Positions 12,516-25,715 of a stretch of 64,000 nt of DNA are shown here, piece by piece (the stretch's first letter is position 1; each line of letters starts with the position of its first letter). A program made the position numbers and the translations under genes. The notes beneath the pieces are model-generated. The model did not search any database and was not told the DNA's origin. It saw only the letters and a program-made list of their open reading frames with translations. The DNA lies in contig JANJGN010000035.1 of NCBI GenBank assembly GCA_026770705.1, positions 13,640,001 through 13,704,000 on the forward strand, written 5' to 3'. This DNA comes from Isurus oxyrinchus (Eukaryota).

Positions 12516-13373
12516 AAATGTGGATTTATTTTCCTATCCCTGGTTGCTCGATGATTGATTGAATCAAATTCCGAATTTAATTTATCTTCATGACTGCTGC
12601 TGATTTCTTGTTGTGTAACTCAATGTGTGGAGCTCTTTACAAAATCATCTGTGTCTGTTGCGCAAAGGGAGGCAACATATCCAGTCATTTCTTTCTTCAA
12701 GTAGTGATTCGTCAAGTTGTGTGTAACATAATGTAAAATTAGCACAATATCTTCCATTCTCGGTGCTCAAGCGAAATAATCCAAAATTGTTCAGAGGCAA
12801 ATTATTTCATTTAATGCAATGTGTTGTGTACCAGCATTCATTCAGATTGTAACGTGCATATTCTTATTAAAGCACATGAAATTTAACTGATGCAGAGAGT
12901 TTTTCATGATGATCTGATGGATAGTAAAGTTAAATAAACAGCGGGATGTGTTAACTATCCTGAAAGGTGTACTGAAACGTACCTTCACAATAAAGGGGAT
13001 TAAGGTTATCGGACGAATGTCAAATTGAAAGCAATAGTTCACAAAGGAAATAAGATACTGATCGATTGGAGAGAATTTTTGGAAAAAAAAAAAGAATTGT
13101 GCAAGCAACTCGTGCTAGGTTAGCATATATTGCTCATGCCTAATTGTCTTTGTTCAAATGATATTTAATAGTCAGCAATGTCAACCAGAAGAGGTAAAAG
13201 CATTTGTTCACTAATGGTTTCGTGGTCATCAGCATATTTTCAGCTCCTGTTTGTTTTTTACAATTGGATTCGAGTTCCAAATCAATTACTCGCTTCTGCG
13301 TGATTGTAAACCATATCTCCACGATCGTTATTCTGATACTCCAATGTTACAACCCAAGAACCATAACACTATG

Positions 13374-13564
13374 ATAAAACAAAAAAACTGCGGATGCTGG
13401 AAATCCAAAACAAAAACAGAATTACCTGGAAAAACTCAGCAGGTCTGGCAGCATTGGCGGAGAAGAAAAGAGTTGACGTTTGAGGACTTGAAATGTCAAC
13501 TCTTTTCTTCTCCACCGATGCTGCCAGACCTGCTGAGTTTTTCCAGGTAATTCTGTTTTTGTTT
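13374..13564. mobile_element. Young Penelope-like fold-back insertion with 15-bp TSD
   Basis: Flanked by exact direct repeats aaccataacactatg (13359-13373, 13565-13579); internal ~75-bp inverted arms are nearly identical. Confidence 0.9.
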
Positions 13565-16249
13565 AACCATAACACTATGCTGCCAGTGCCACCCCTTCTT
13601 CTGTTTTAAGTCAAATATTGGAGAAGCTTGTTTGTTTCCTTGACAGTAAAGCATTACATTTAAATCTTCAATGAACGGGACAAAAATCAGGCGAAAAATA
13701 ACATCATTGCGGATATGGGGTTTACCACTTAGAGATTCGCAAATGGCAACACTGAGACTTATTAACATATAGACCAGGACTCGTTTACAATTGAATGTAA
13801 AGTTGACATGTCATCTTTGAAAGTGCCTTGGTATTCGCGGCAGAGGTACATCACCAACCCCCATATTATCTTACAATGCAGTCGACGCGAAGGTCCGGTG
13901 AGAGGGAGGCTCCCATACCTATCATCAGCAAGAAGAGAAACCAAGTGTGGGACTCAGATGTAAACCAAATATCCGGGTGCAGGTAAGTTTCAGAGATGTG
14001 TCTTATTGCTTTATTCTTCCTTTGGTCAAAGTTTCATCAGATAATATTAGATTTTCAGGACACTCCAGGCAAATACTTGAGGCCGATTGGTGTGGAGACA
14101 TCAACAATTATCTCTTAAGTTTGCTTCCCCAAATTACACGTATAATTCTGATATCGTTGAAACACTTTCGGAAATGTAAATCATCACTTCACAGCCTGGC
14201 GTTTCCTGTCCCTATTCTTCCACGAGCTCCTCAGACTGTGGGTGCCAAGAATTTATTTTATGAAGACGATGCGTCCTCCTTGGTATATTTCATGGGAGAA
14301 CTGGTAATACCTGAGGGAAAGGTGCTCTAAACAGGTTCACCTGTAACGGGGGTTTGGTAAGGCAATTGGCGGTAGAATGCAATAGAGGTTTCTAGTCTCC
14401 TTATGATACTGAAAAGATTATGAATATATAAGCGGTTTAATGTTCCAAGCAATCAGAACAGAAAACATGTTTTGGGAGAGCGTAATAATTTTGTAACCCT
14501 CTCAAGTATATTCAGTATCCAGGCCGCTTTAGAGCAGGTAGTCACAGCTTGGAATTTTTGTGCCTACATATTCGGACAGGAAACCCTTATCGGTAGACAG
14601 CAGATATCCTACACATTTATATTTCTGTTTGTCGTTGTCAGGTGATCTTTACACAAAATGTCAGCATTTTATACACTTAATGCTGGTTACATCAGTTGCA
14701 GAAGTGTATCATGCAGCTTATCACTCAGTTTCTTACATAAAGGAGAGCGAAGTGAAAGGAGCATTTTTGAAGTAAATTAAGAGAGGAAGCAATTTGTAGG
14801 GAAATCTCTATGTGATCGACGAACAGTAGTAGCATGCCTAGCCAGATTATTTACAGCAACCGATTGATATAAATGCGGTTAGAAATATACAACATTAGAA
14901 CACTATTTTATTCAGGACAATTATAAACAAAATGAGACATCAAGATTCCATGAGTGCAATAATTTGTCTATTGCTTATACAATGGACAGTACAACGTCAA
15001 ATTGAATAACAATAACGCTTAAAATTGTTTTATAATGATTATCAATGCCATCATCATAAAGAAACAAAGGATGCAAGTTCAACTGATTATTATAATCGCA
15101 GTTAACAGAAGATAGGTTTAGTAAAATATCTTACCTTGTATAATGTCCAACGAAATTAGGCGCCAAAGTTCCATCCGTGCAATTATTTGTGCTTGTTCAA
15201 CCTCAAATTGAATAGCCATACTACTTAAGCTTGTATTATTATGATTGCTATTGCCATCACCATTATTATGCAAACCATGCAACTTCTGGTGGAATATTTA
15301 CACGGGGCTATATTGGTCGATTAAATTGAACTGTCCTGGAAACTATACTTCTGTTGGCTATTGCAGAAAAAAAATCTAATTGGAGATAACAGATTCCTCC
15401 AATTTCAGCGCACATGTCAGACAAGTGAAGGAAAAGCACTTCGGAAATGAATGAATTTTTAAAAAGTTATTGATTGACCTCAAATCGATTCCTCCGGCAG
15501 GGAAAGGAAGTTACGTTTGAAGGTGTAGTGTTTTGGGTTTCACTGCATTGAGGTATCAGTTCCTTTAACACGTGATCCTCAAAAAAAGTGATTGGAAGAA
15601 GCACAATCATTACCAAGAAAACATAAATGTCAGATTCACAATTTTCGAACTGGGCTAACTGATAAAATTTATTTTTTACTCTGTCTGTGCCTTTTTTCTT
15701 ATTCTCACAATATTCCGTTAGCAACCTATGATGTCGTAAGCAATATTGCTCAGTCGTTATTAAGCAAAATGCTCGCTAGCTAATCTCGGTGGAACTCTCT
15801 AATTTCACTTAGGGAAAGTTGATCAACAATGATTTGAAACATGGCTCAATCACTGAACAATGAACGAGGACCCGCCTTTCACCATATACACACAGAATCC
15901 GGTAAAGCAGAAGACCCTGTGAGTTATCAAGGCTCAAAGTTTCATTCAGCAGCCAGTCAACTACGCAGCCAAGTGATACAACTAGGACAGCCGAAAGCTC
16001 TGGGTGTAAGATTAAAATTTATTTAAACTACTGAATTATACCTACTTAAATGGGTTAACAATTTCACAGTAACTGTTACATAGTCAATATACAATGAAGA
16101 AAGTGGTACTCGTGGTTATCTGTTAGAACAGCATGAAATAGAATTTAACTTTATTTTGCTTCGCTCTGCATAGTATATTCGCATATATAACCTCTATAGG
16201 AATGCAGTTGAACGTATATAGGACTATACTTCAAAGTTTGGCTTTTTCA

Positions 16250-16640
16250 AGTCAGCCTCAGGACGTGGGCGTCCCTGACAAGCTCTGTATTTAATTTCAT
16301 TTAAAGATTCCACTTTGACTACACCGAGTTGGGCTTCCATCTCGAACCACTACAGCTTCTGTGGCGATAAGGCTCTCAGAAACTTAGTGTGCAAGGGATG
16401 GAGGATTTCGTGCCAACGAGGCTGAGGGAAGGAAATTTTATTTATAAGTGAGGACATCGGCTGATTGAGTTAGGCTATTGGGTATGATCACAGTCCCACA
16501 GACTGGCTGCCGCTTGTCCTTCTCAGCAGTAGAAGATGTGTGTTTAGTACACGCTGCCCACATTGAATCGATGGCTTCCTAACTTTTCTCCTGGTGACGG
16601 TGCCCACTGCATTCTACAGTCGACCAGTGGCGGAGGTCTG
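16250..16640 (-). mobile_element. LINE 3'-tail fragment (same family as 11615-12515)
   Basis: ggacgtgggcgtccctgacaag...ctcgaaccactacagc is the reverse complement of the 12400-12500 tail. Confidence 0.65.
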
Positions 16641-16699
16641 ATTGTTTGAACTGATACAACTCTATGTGTTAATTACCAAACTCAGAATGTTTTATCAGA

Positions 16700-17600
16700 T
16701 TTATTCCCTGATAACCACTCTTCTTTCACCTCTTACATATCTTATCTCTCTCCCTATGTCCTCTCTCTTCTTGTCCCCCACCACCTCCCCCGGTTCTCCC
16801 CCTCTCTTTGTTACTCTCTCTTCATCTATTTCTCTCTGATGCACCTCTGCAGCATTTGTCTCTCTGTCCGTTACTCAATTCATTCATGATGTTTTTTTGC
16901 GATCTGGTCACTAATCAATCTTGTTCCTTTTCTCTCTAGGTCCAATTCTTTTTAACTCTTTCCCCGTCTCTCTCTGCCTATCTTCTCTCTCTTGCACCAC
17001 TTCTCTGCAAACTCCCACCCACCCACGCTCTCTTTCTCTCCATCTGTCACATCCTTCACCCAGCTCTCTTCTGCTCTCTCTCTCCATCCCCAACTCTATA
17101 ACTCCCACACACTGCCACCCCGCGGTCTATTTCTGTTACTCTAACCCCGCAACACCACCTCCTGCTGCCTCCCTCTATCCACATCTGTCATCCCATCCAA
17201 ACGGCCCGCTGCTGTCTTGCACCTCTCCAATTCTGTCTCTCCCGAACACTACCTCCCCCTGCTGTATCTTCTACTCTCTCTCTCTCTCGTTCTCTTCCCA
17301 TCGCCCCCATCTCTCACACCCACAGCCATTTATTGCTCTTTATTTTACTCTGTCTCTCTCTCTCTCCCTGCTTATCTCTGTCTCTCTGTCTCTGCCCCCC
17401 CATGCCTACCTCTGCCAATCACCGGCCCCTCCCACCCTCTCCCTGTCTCTCTCTGACCCACCCTATCCCCGCTGTCTCCCTCTCAAACTCTCTCTCCATC
17501 TCTATCCCTCCCAACACCGCCATCCCCCGCTCTTTACCTTCCTCTCGCAGTCTGTTTGCCTTTCTTCTCTGTCTATCTCCCTGTCTCTCTTTCACATGCC
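16700..17600. repeat. CT-rich polypyrimidine low-complexity tract
   Basis: Degenerate (CT)n; source of the 227-aa Ser/Leu/Pro ORF. Confidence 0.9.
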
Positions 17601-20600
17601 GTAATGTTCCCTTGATATATTTTACTGACGTACACACTGTGGAATTTGCCATCTTTTAGGTCATTCAGATTGTCTTGGGAGTTTTGTCTATTCTCTATCG
17701 GATAATTCTCTATTGGACAAAAACAGCTCCGAGCCCAGTGCCATTGGCAAGAATATGCAGAGCACATTGTTTGAGCGGTCTTTCGGTGAGTTTCTGGTCA
17801 AGATCTGGAACAGTAGATGTCATTTAGAATTGGGGGACTCGATTTGAACATATTTGGCAGTTGAGTAGTGTTCGTGCTTTCGTGCACCACAGCATAACTG
17901 ATTGACTTTCAATGATTTCCCTGCAGAAATTAACGCCAAGCCCTCGCTTGCACTTCCAGGATTGTGTTGACCCCCATAGCTAGTTTCAAGCACAGTTGTA
18001 TCTGTTTCACTCGGTCAACTCATACAGATAATGGCGATCTTCTTATCCTACAGACAAGAATGTTGCCCCCTTGCACATTACTGCACTGAAATTAATTGAC
18101 AAACTGGGTTTCAGATGTAATGCTACCTTCCTGTATATCTGCCACAGTCTCTTTCAGTGTTAACTATAAACCCTATTTTTTTATTTATCCACATTCTCTG
18201 AAACTGTGCTTCTGATGTGCCAAGACTAAATCGCATCCATAGTTGTCAGAGTAAATCTCTTAACTTGGCTTTGCATTTCAGTGATTCCCTTACATTGAAT
18301 CCTAAATTGCTCTGCTCCTCATTGTCACAGGCATCCCACTGACTGGACGATGGTCTGTTGCATCGTTTTAGATCCAGTATCAATGACCCCTCACATGGCA
18401 AGCAGTGAACTCCATCTCTCACAGGCGCAACCAGACATTCATGCTGCGGTGGAATGTGCTGTTGTGTTAACAGCATGATATGAGCTCCAATTGCTGGCTG
18501 CTGATTGCAAAATTCAGCTATTGTCCACATTGCTCATTGCACGTGTAACTTAGCATAGTCATAAAAATTGTGTACACGACTGCGTATCCCTTCTTCTAAC
18601 CCTCCACAAACGCCGGTAAATACCAACTCCCAAACATACATCAATGTAAAACAACTCTGGTCAAGGCTTAGTGAATAATCAAACTGAAAGGAAAAAGAAA
18701 GATTCATACTTTAAGACAGTTGTTACCATTATAAACATGATCTATCGACTGAAATAGCTATTTACACTTTTCGCTCCTGTTTATTTTTTGTGGGAGCCTG
18801 TGGTGCATTCTAGGAAGTGAACCAAATACATGCCTTGTGAGTATATCCATATTGAAATTCGTCAAATCAAATTTATTGAAATGGAGGGGTATTTTTTAAG
18901 GATTAATTCTGCAGATAGCTGTTTTAGCGCGGATTCGACAAAGAACCTTCATGCTACAATGGTCAGCTGCCTGGTAACTCAGGTGATGAAGTAGAAGCTA
19001 TTCGCGTGTTATAGCATAAAACAAATGGCTGTGAACTGGCAAACCGTGCTACATTTCTCCAATTTCAAATCGTGAAAGGAACAGAATCAAAAGCCAAGTT
19101 GCCACTTAAATGTACATGGAACCAAAACTGGATCCCTGCACATAGGTCTTGTCAGAAATAAATTGAGATATCGTGGAAATGGATCCCAAGGCCTAAAAAG
19201 GAATTATGTTTTTCGTTTCAAGGATTTTTCCCGAGCTGATAAATGACGTTGTTTTGTCAAATGCTGGGAATGCAAATAAAATTGCTTTTTTGGAAACAAA
19301 ATAATTGCAATATGTATTGAATGGAAAGTTTATATTTTGGCAGGGTGCACCAAATGTACCATCGGCCAAGATTCCAATGGCTTTGTGAGAAATGTCATGA
19401 AGGACACATAGTAAAATAAATTACTGCTTTCTCTCAGAGGACATTGACCTGTCTGGTAGTGAATTTGACCAGTGTCTTTTTGGCGGTGGCGGATGTATTT
19501 CTGTTGTACCACGATATTGCCATTTGGCCCAGCAGAGAAATGTATGCTTTCAGAAGCGTTGGAGGTCGTTGTGCCATATATGTGAGTAAAGAGCAAATTC
19601 TTTACATGCGGATGAATTACGTGAATCCGGAAAGCCACTCCAGCATGTGCTCGCTTTATTTCATATAGGCTTGCTGAATATGGGCAGTACAGAAGGGGCT
19701 CGCTCACGTGTTCCTGTCCCACACCAACCTCCTTCCACCTCTCCACTTGAATCTAGCGATTGAAGAAAAACAATTTGGGTTTACCTGAAACTCTTAACCT
19801 CGTGAAACATCCTCAGCTGCTTCACAGTAGTGTTACCAGCCAAACTCACACCCAGACACAGAGGGCGATATATACTTAGGACGTCAAAATGTGGTAAAAG
19901 AGAGGGTTTGTGGAGCACCTTAGGATGCATGGCTGCTGAGCAGACTGGCACAGGTTGTTTTATGGGCAGTGGTATTTTCTTTGTCCACAAATTTAGGGAA
20001 ATTTGAAGTCAAGCAGGTCAGCCAAGAGAGAATTCGAATAGTCGAGACTCGGGACATCAGGAGCTGATAAGAATTTCCTGTCCACATAACTTGTTGCCAC
20101 TCAAAGGCATACATAAACAAATTGGACATACTAAGCATTCCAGGCTGAAAGCGCTACCACCGCGATGACACGTCCCTCCCCTCTTCTACCCACGGGATAT
20201 TTTGCTGCTTTTCCGGTGTGACAAGGTGAAATTTCTCACTTTGGATTTACCCAATAACTGGGAAATGCATCGCCTTGCATCGACATGCTAAAACCTCAAC
20301 TTTTTGGAAATATCTCTCATATTTACCTCTGAGATTTTAGTTTTCTAGTGGAAAGTCCCGAGTCTAATTCCGTGTAATCAATGTTAAATACATTCTTCAG
20401 ATTTCCCGAAACCAGCTTGGCTGAAGTGCCTGTTGGAGGCCATTTCATTTGTGATTTTTTTTTTTTATGAAGCTGAGTGGATATACGAATGATATCAGCG
20501 TGGGTGTATATGTGTCCAGGCAACTGCGTGATTGGTTTAAACCCAGTCTTATCTGCTGCATGACCTTTGATTTATCTGCTCTCTTGTCCACCCATTGCCA

Positions 20601-21224
20601 ACGCGACCCTCGAATATTCCTTCACCAGATAGAGTGACACAATATGAGTAAAACGTCCCCCATATATTTAACTTTCAATGGAGTTCCATTAGAAGGCAGA
20701 GAGTGAGAGCTTTCTTCCAGTATAGTTTTGCCATAGACTAGTGCTCAATCCCATGTGATTTATTTCAACAGTTCTGACGATATTCTGTGCACAGTACTCT
20801 TGGTTAAGATTCTTTGTGAATTATGCTGTAAGAGTGGACAGGAGAAACCTCTTGGCCAGAAGTCATTTTTTTTTTCACTTGCAATTAACATGTTCTGGAA
20901 ACTGATGCACAGGAATTGCCTTTGGAGTTCGTAGTCATCCCCTGCATCCTACTGCTTTTGGACATATCCATATCACTCGCTGTTTCAATTCTCTTATGTG
21001 AGGTGCTGTGGAGAAATTCGAAGATACAAGTAAATAGGTTAAGTAATTATACAGGAACTGCCACTATTTAGCTTTGCTCTGGAGATAAATAAGTGACTTG
21101 AATCTCCGCAGCACCTTTTCTGAACATGACAATGCATCTTTCGCAGAGAGAAACTGTGACCTGTCAATATGATTGTGATTATGATTAGCTGATATTTTGT
21201 GTGTGTTCGTCAAGAGTTCTAAAA

Positions 21225-21955
21225 TTCAGAAGGATCTGTGTGTCATAGTGGATGGATCACAAAAAGCCTAGTGTGCCGGTACAGCAAATAATGAGGGAAG
21301 CTAATATAACGTTAGCATCTAATGTGAGGGGAATTGAATAAAAAAGTGGAGAGATTTTGCTTCATTCGTACAGGGCAATGGCGAGAACACATCTGGACTT
21401 TTGTGTACAGTGCTGGTCCCCTTCGTTAATTCAGGGGTAAAAGCATTCAGGTTTTGAAGCTTTTCAAGACCGGCAATGGCTGGGTTAGCTCGTAAGGATG
21501 GGTTGGAGAAGAGAGCCCTCTAGCCACTTGTATGCAATGGAATGTGGAAGAGAAAGAGAAAGAGATAACTTTATTGAAACATAAATGAGCATGAGGGGCT
21601 TTGATTGGTTGTACGTGGAGAGGATGTTTTCTCTTGTTGGAGAATCTAGAACTAGGGGCCACTGTTTAAGATTCAGATTTCGCCCATTTAGGACAAAGTT
21701 GAGTCGAATTATTTTCCCTCCGGAGTGGTGAGCGTTTGGTACTGCCTTCCTCATAAGTCAGTGGAAGCAGATTCTTTGAATAATTTTAAGGAAGAAGTAG
21801 ATATACTTTTGATTAACAAGGGAGTGAAAGGTTATCAGGGGTGGCGGGAATGTCGGGTTGAGATTACATTCACATCAGCCATGATCTTACTGATTGGTGC
21901 AGCAGGTTCGTGGGGCCGACTGGCTGGCTCCTGTTCTTTGCTCGTATGTTCGTAA
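21225..21955 (+). mobile_element. CR1 LINE 3' end (paralog 55790-56520)
   Basis: agaacacatctggacttttgtgtacagtgctggtccc ~ RPHLEYCVQFWSP; 3' UTR ends ctcctgttctttgctcgtatgttcgta. The paralog encodes GLSYKERLDSLGLY. Confidence 0.9.
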
Positions 21956-22019
21956 TGTCAAATCCATGAAATCAAGCGCAAAGTTTATACTTGGCATGGA
22001 TTGATCTCAGTGAAATGAA

Positions 22020-22340
22020 ATAGTGTGTGGCGGCTGAGGATGAATGCTTTTCAACTGCCAGCGTTTTCCCCAAGGGTCAATCATTGATCAATTATTCTTT
22101 CCTAACTGCAATAAATGAAGGAGAGTCTGGTGCAGGGTTGGAACAAAATAAAATTTACGGATTATAAAAACTTGGCAATTTGGTACACATTGGTGAGTGT
22201 GATTGTAGCCTCCAGTTGGCCTAGAGGGAATAGCGAATTGGGCTGAACCGTGGTAGATGGAGCTGAGCGCCGCTAGCTGTAACGTTTGAAAAGGGGAATA
22301 TGGCAGGACAATGTGTAATTACCATTCTGAAATGCGCAGT
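22020..22340 (+). mobile_element. Very old CR1 RT-core fragment (paralog ~56590-56900)
   Basis: agcgttttccccaagggtcaatcatt / agcgtgttcccaagggtcacttttgg are decayed SGVPQGS.LG. Confidence 0.6.
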
Positions 22341-22389
22341 TGGAAAGAACAGTCTTCCTGTCCACACAGACCGTCATATTTGTATTGTT

Positions 22390-22700
22390 ATTTGTTCATG
22401 AGATATGGGCTTCGCTGGCTTCGGGCGAGCATTTATCGACCACCCTTGTTCAAAAGGTATTTATGAATCAACTACATGTCGGCCAGGCCAGTTAAGGACG
22501 GCAGATTACCTTCCGGGAAGGATAATATTCGACCAACGTCGGCAATTAGACATTTGGCAATAGTTTCGCCGTCATCATCATCAGACTTTTAATTCTACAT
22601 TCATGTGGAATTCAATCTTCCCTATCTGCTTTGGAAAATCCCGTTTCCCACAGCATTACCCTTGGTCTGTGGAATACTAGTCAGTGCACTAATTCAATGC
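22390..22700 (-). mobile_element. tRNA-derived SINE (paralog 56945-57275)
   Basis: ttcatgagatatgggcttcgctggc...aggacggcagattaccttcc is the reverse complement of the SINE tail and core. Confidence 0.8.
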
Positions 22701-23799
22701 ACAATCTCGAAATGGAGTTATATAGTATGATATTACCTGAAGGTGCTTCAACTATAATTAGCTGGTCCTGCATCAGTGGGAGTTTTTGTGGACAATTCCT
22801 CACTCGATAATTCTCAAATAACTAATGGCATTAAAACCGGTACAGGCTTGTTGCACGGGCAGTGTACATCAGTTGTAAGGAGATGTTAAATTTTAGCGAG
22901 GTCGCTTCTAATTGCCACTCGAATGCTTTCAACGTGACTTAAAAAAATATTTTCAAGGTGTTGGGAGGATTTGATAGGAGGTCCATAACCAGAGCGACTT
23001 CTACCGAATGGGCAGATAGCCAACGAGCATGGATTGAACATCATTGGAAGTAGCTTAAGGGGAAACATGGCTAATTTATTTCTGAATTTGGGACGTTCTT
23101 CCCGAAAAAAACGTGTCTGGAAATAGCTTACAGAACTAATTTTAAAGGAGAATAGGACAGTTCTTTGAGAATGAAAACTTGACAGCTTTAGGGAGAAAAA
23201 GGATGGCTTGGAGATGTGTGACACAGAATCACTGTGCTCCTACAAGAGCTCAGCACACAGAAGTTCAGCAGATGTGCTGTCGATGTAGGAGCCGGACATG
23301 CACGGATAGTAGCCAGTAGAGGGCAGTGGAATGCTTTCCAGACCAAAGCCAGTCGGAATGTCATTAGGTCACATCAGGAGGGGGTAATGAGAGGTCTGAT
23401 AGCAAGAGTTATTTTTGGGGGCGCCTCCGGCTGCCCAAGAAATTCACATTTCGGCTGGGAATCCGAATAGGATCAGCTTATGCTCCAGGGTAGGAAGGCT
23501 ATGTAATTACGTACTAGTCACATTCCAACACTGTTAATCTTGTTTTTAATAAAATAACCACTCAGTTCCTGTCAATGCACTTATAAGTAAAATAGCCTTT
23601 TATGCTATTCTGTGAAATACCATCCTCAGGTTTTAGGTTTTTGCACAGCCTTCACTCGTTTATTGAGTTACATCGTTTACCAAGATACATATACACATAT
23701 ATATATATCTAACACTTCGATGACTTAATATTTTTTTTTGCGAGAAGTCAATCGTACTCAAAATAATTCACCCTCATTTGAGTGCTTTTCCTTGTTAAC

Positions 23800-24535
23800 A
23801 TTTCAGAAGTACAGAAGATCAGAGGGAAATTTGTGTACATGTCCACACATCCCTGAAGGCAGCAAGACAGGTGGATATGTGGGTATGGAGGCTTATGGGA
23901 TACTTGCATTTATAGGCCGAAGCATAGAACATATGAGCAGCGATAATATGTTGGAGCTGTTTAACATTCTGATTGGGCCCCATCTGGAAAGCTGTGTGCA
24001 GTTTTGTTCCCCACAAGAAAGGAAGGATGTGGATGCAGTGGAAAGGGTTGAGAGGAAAATCACTGTTTGTTGCTTGGCCTGGAGACCTTCAGCTATGAAG
24101 ATAAATTGGATAGGCTGGCGTTATTGGCCATAGAGCACAAAAGGCTGAGTGGGGGTGGGGGGGTGGGGGGTGGTGGGAACTGATGGAGAGATGGAAAATT
24201 ATGAGGGGCATAGATTGGTTTGACAGGAAAATACTTTTCCCCTTTGCAGAGGCGTCAATCATTGGGGGGCATAGGCTTAAGCTAGAGTCAGGAGGTTTAG
24301 AGTAGATTTGAGGTTTTTTGCTTTACACTGAACCTGGGGGCTATATTGAACTCACAGCCGGATAGGATGGCAGAGGCAGGAGCACTCACATCATTTAATA
24401 TGCATTTCAATTGCATTTGAAATACATGTGCAAAGAGGGCTACGGCCCAGGAACTGGGAAGTGGGATAAGAATCGATCAAGGCTTGATGGTTGACACATA
24501 CATGATGGCCTAAATTCCCTGTTTCTGTGCCATAT
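23800..24535 (+). mobile_element. CR1-clade (HER1-like) LINE 3' end (paralog 58470-59185)
   Basis: ORFs LIGPHLESCVQFCSPQERKDVDAVERVERK (23738..24133) and LIGPHLVYCVQFTSPQYRKD..RRLRGEL (58596..58850). Confidence 0.92.
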
Positions 24536-25614
24536 TACTCCAAGGCCCAATGGCAGTTTTTGTGCATCGTTTTGACGTCAATTTAATTTTCTTTCACAGC
24601 CGCCCAATGATTTTGCTCTTCTGGAGGTCAGATCACAAATGCCCGTAACCCTGGGCCGGGCCTCTCGCGATGGGCCGCCACCAGCGCCGCTCTACTCCAT
24701 GCTTCATTGGCACAGCAGGAGTTTCAGTGGAAGCCAACCTGCCGCCGACGTGAATGCATCCAGTAGATGATGGCAGATGCTTTTCGGGTACATGGAAACA
24801 GGTTGCTGAGTGAAGCTAAAGCAGTATGATAAACAGAATGAAGAGACTTGGGGCAACTGACTAACTGAACCTAAGAGGACAGGGAGAGGCAATTCCTCCC
24901 TTCGCTTTGTGCGGGCTCTATGAAATATCTCTAAAATTAATGAGTGTTCCTATGTTATTTTCCATTCGCCCCTTAAATATTAAATCAATGCAGATTTGGA
25001 GTTAAGCTTGAGTATTCTTCCGCCAGTTTTTGAAACCATAATTAAATGATTGCCCACTTTTATATTCGCTCTTAACTCAGGTACACAGCCCTCGCTTCTC
25101 GGTTTCCATTCACCCCTCCACAGCCATTCAATCTCTTTAATTACTGCTATGTTGGAAATAATGTATTTTTGTATTCTTTAATTTTTTCCCATGTATCATT
25201 AACATGTCTCACTTTCCATACTCTGCCTAATCTCAGTGTTTTGTCCTGCACCCGCTTGTCTTCTCCTCTCTTCATTGTCACGCACCCCCTTGCTTTCTCT
25301 CACTGACCCATGCTCTGCAAGGCATTTAATTGATTCTTGCGTCCGAATTCCCACGTGTTATGTTTTGAAATGAGGCTTGTTAGGAAGATACATCAATCCT
25401 CTGTGCAAGACTATTTGCAGAAGCTACTTCGAACCAACCAAGCCCAGGATGCATGGGAGCAGGTGGAAACCTTTGCTTACTGCTTCCCCCCTCAGGTTCT
25501 CACGTCATACCCCATCTGCCCTCATTTCTCTATCAATTACATATTGCGCCCTTGTTTCAAACTTTCCAACTATGCCCTTCACCGTAAATTATTCTCCAGT
25601 GTCGTGAGGTCGTG

Positions 25615-25715
25615 CTGGGGGTGGGGGGGAGGCGGGGGGGTGGTGGGGGGGGGGGGGGGGTGGTGGGGGGGGTGGTGGTGGGGGCGGGGTGCGGGGTTTC
25701 TCGGGGGGGGGGGGC
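25615..25715 (+). repeat. Poly-G tract (G-quadruplex-prone)
   Basis: About 95 nt of interrupted G runs; absent from the paralogous site at ~60220. Confidence 0.9.

Noticed and set aside
13767-13850. TIECKV...WY.RQ as an Ig V-domain fragment
   Set aside because: No downstream D-x-x-x-Y-x-C, leader or RSS.
13890-14200. GPVRGRLPYLSS...W...SSLHSL as a mononegavirus L capping-domain relic
   Set aside because: GxxT and HR residues absent, spacing wrong and no GDN motif upstream.
16921-17604. 227-aa ORF
   Set aside because: Translation of a CT-rich low-complexity tract.
20240-20285. U1-like gatttacccaataactgggaaa
   Set aside because: Short match; the rest of U1 does not align.
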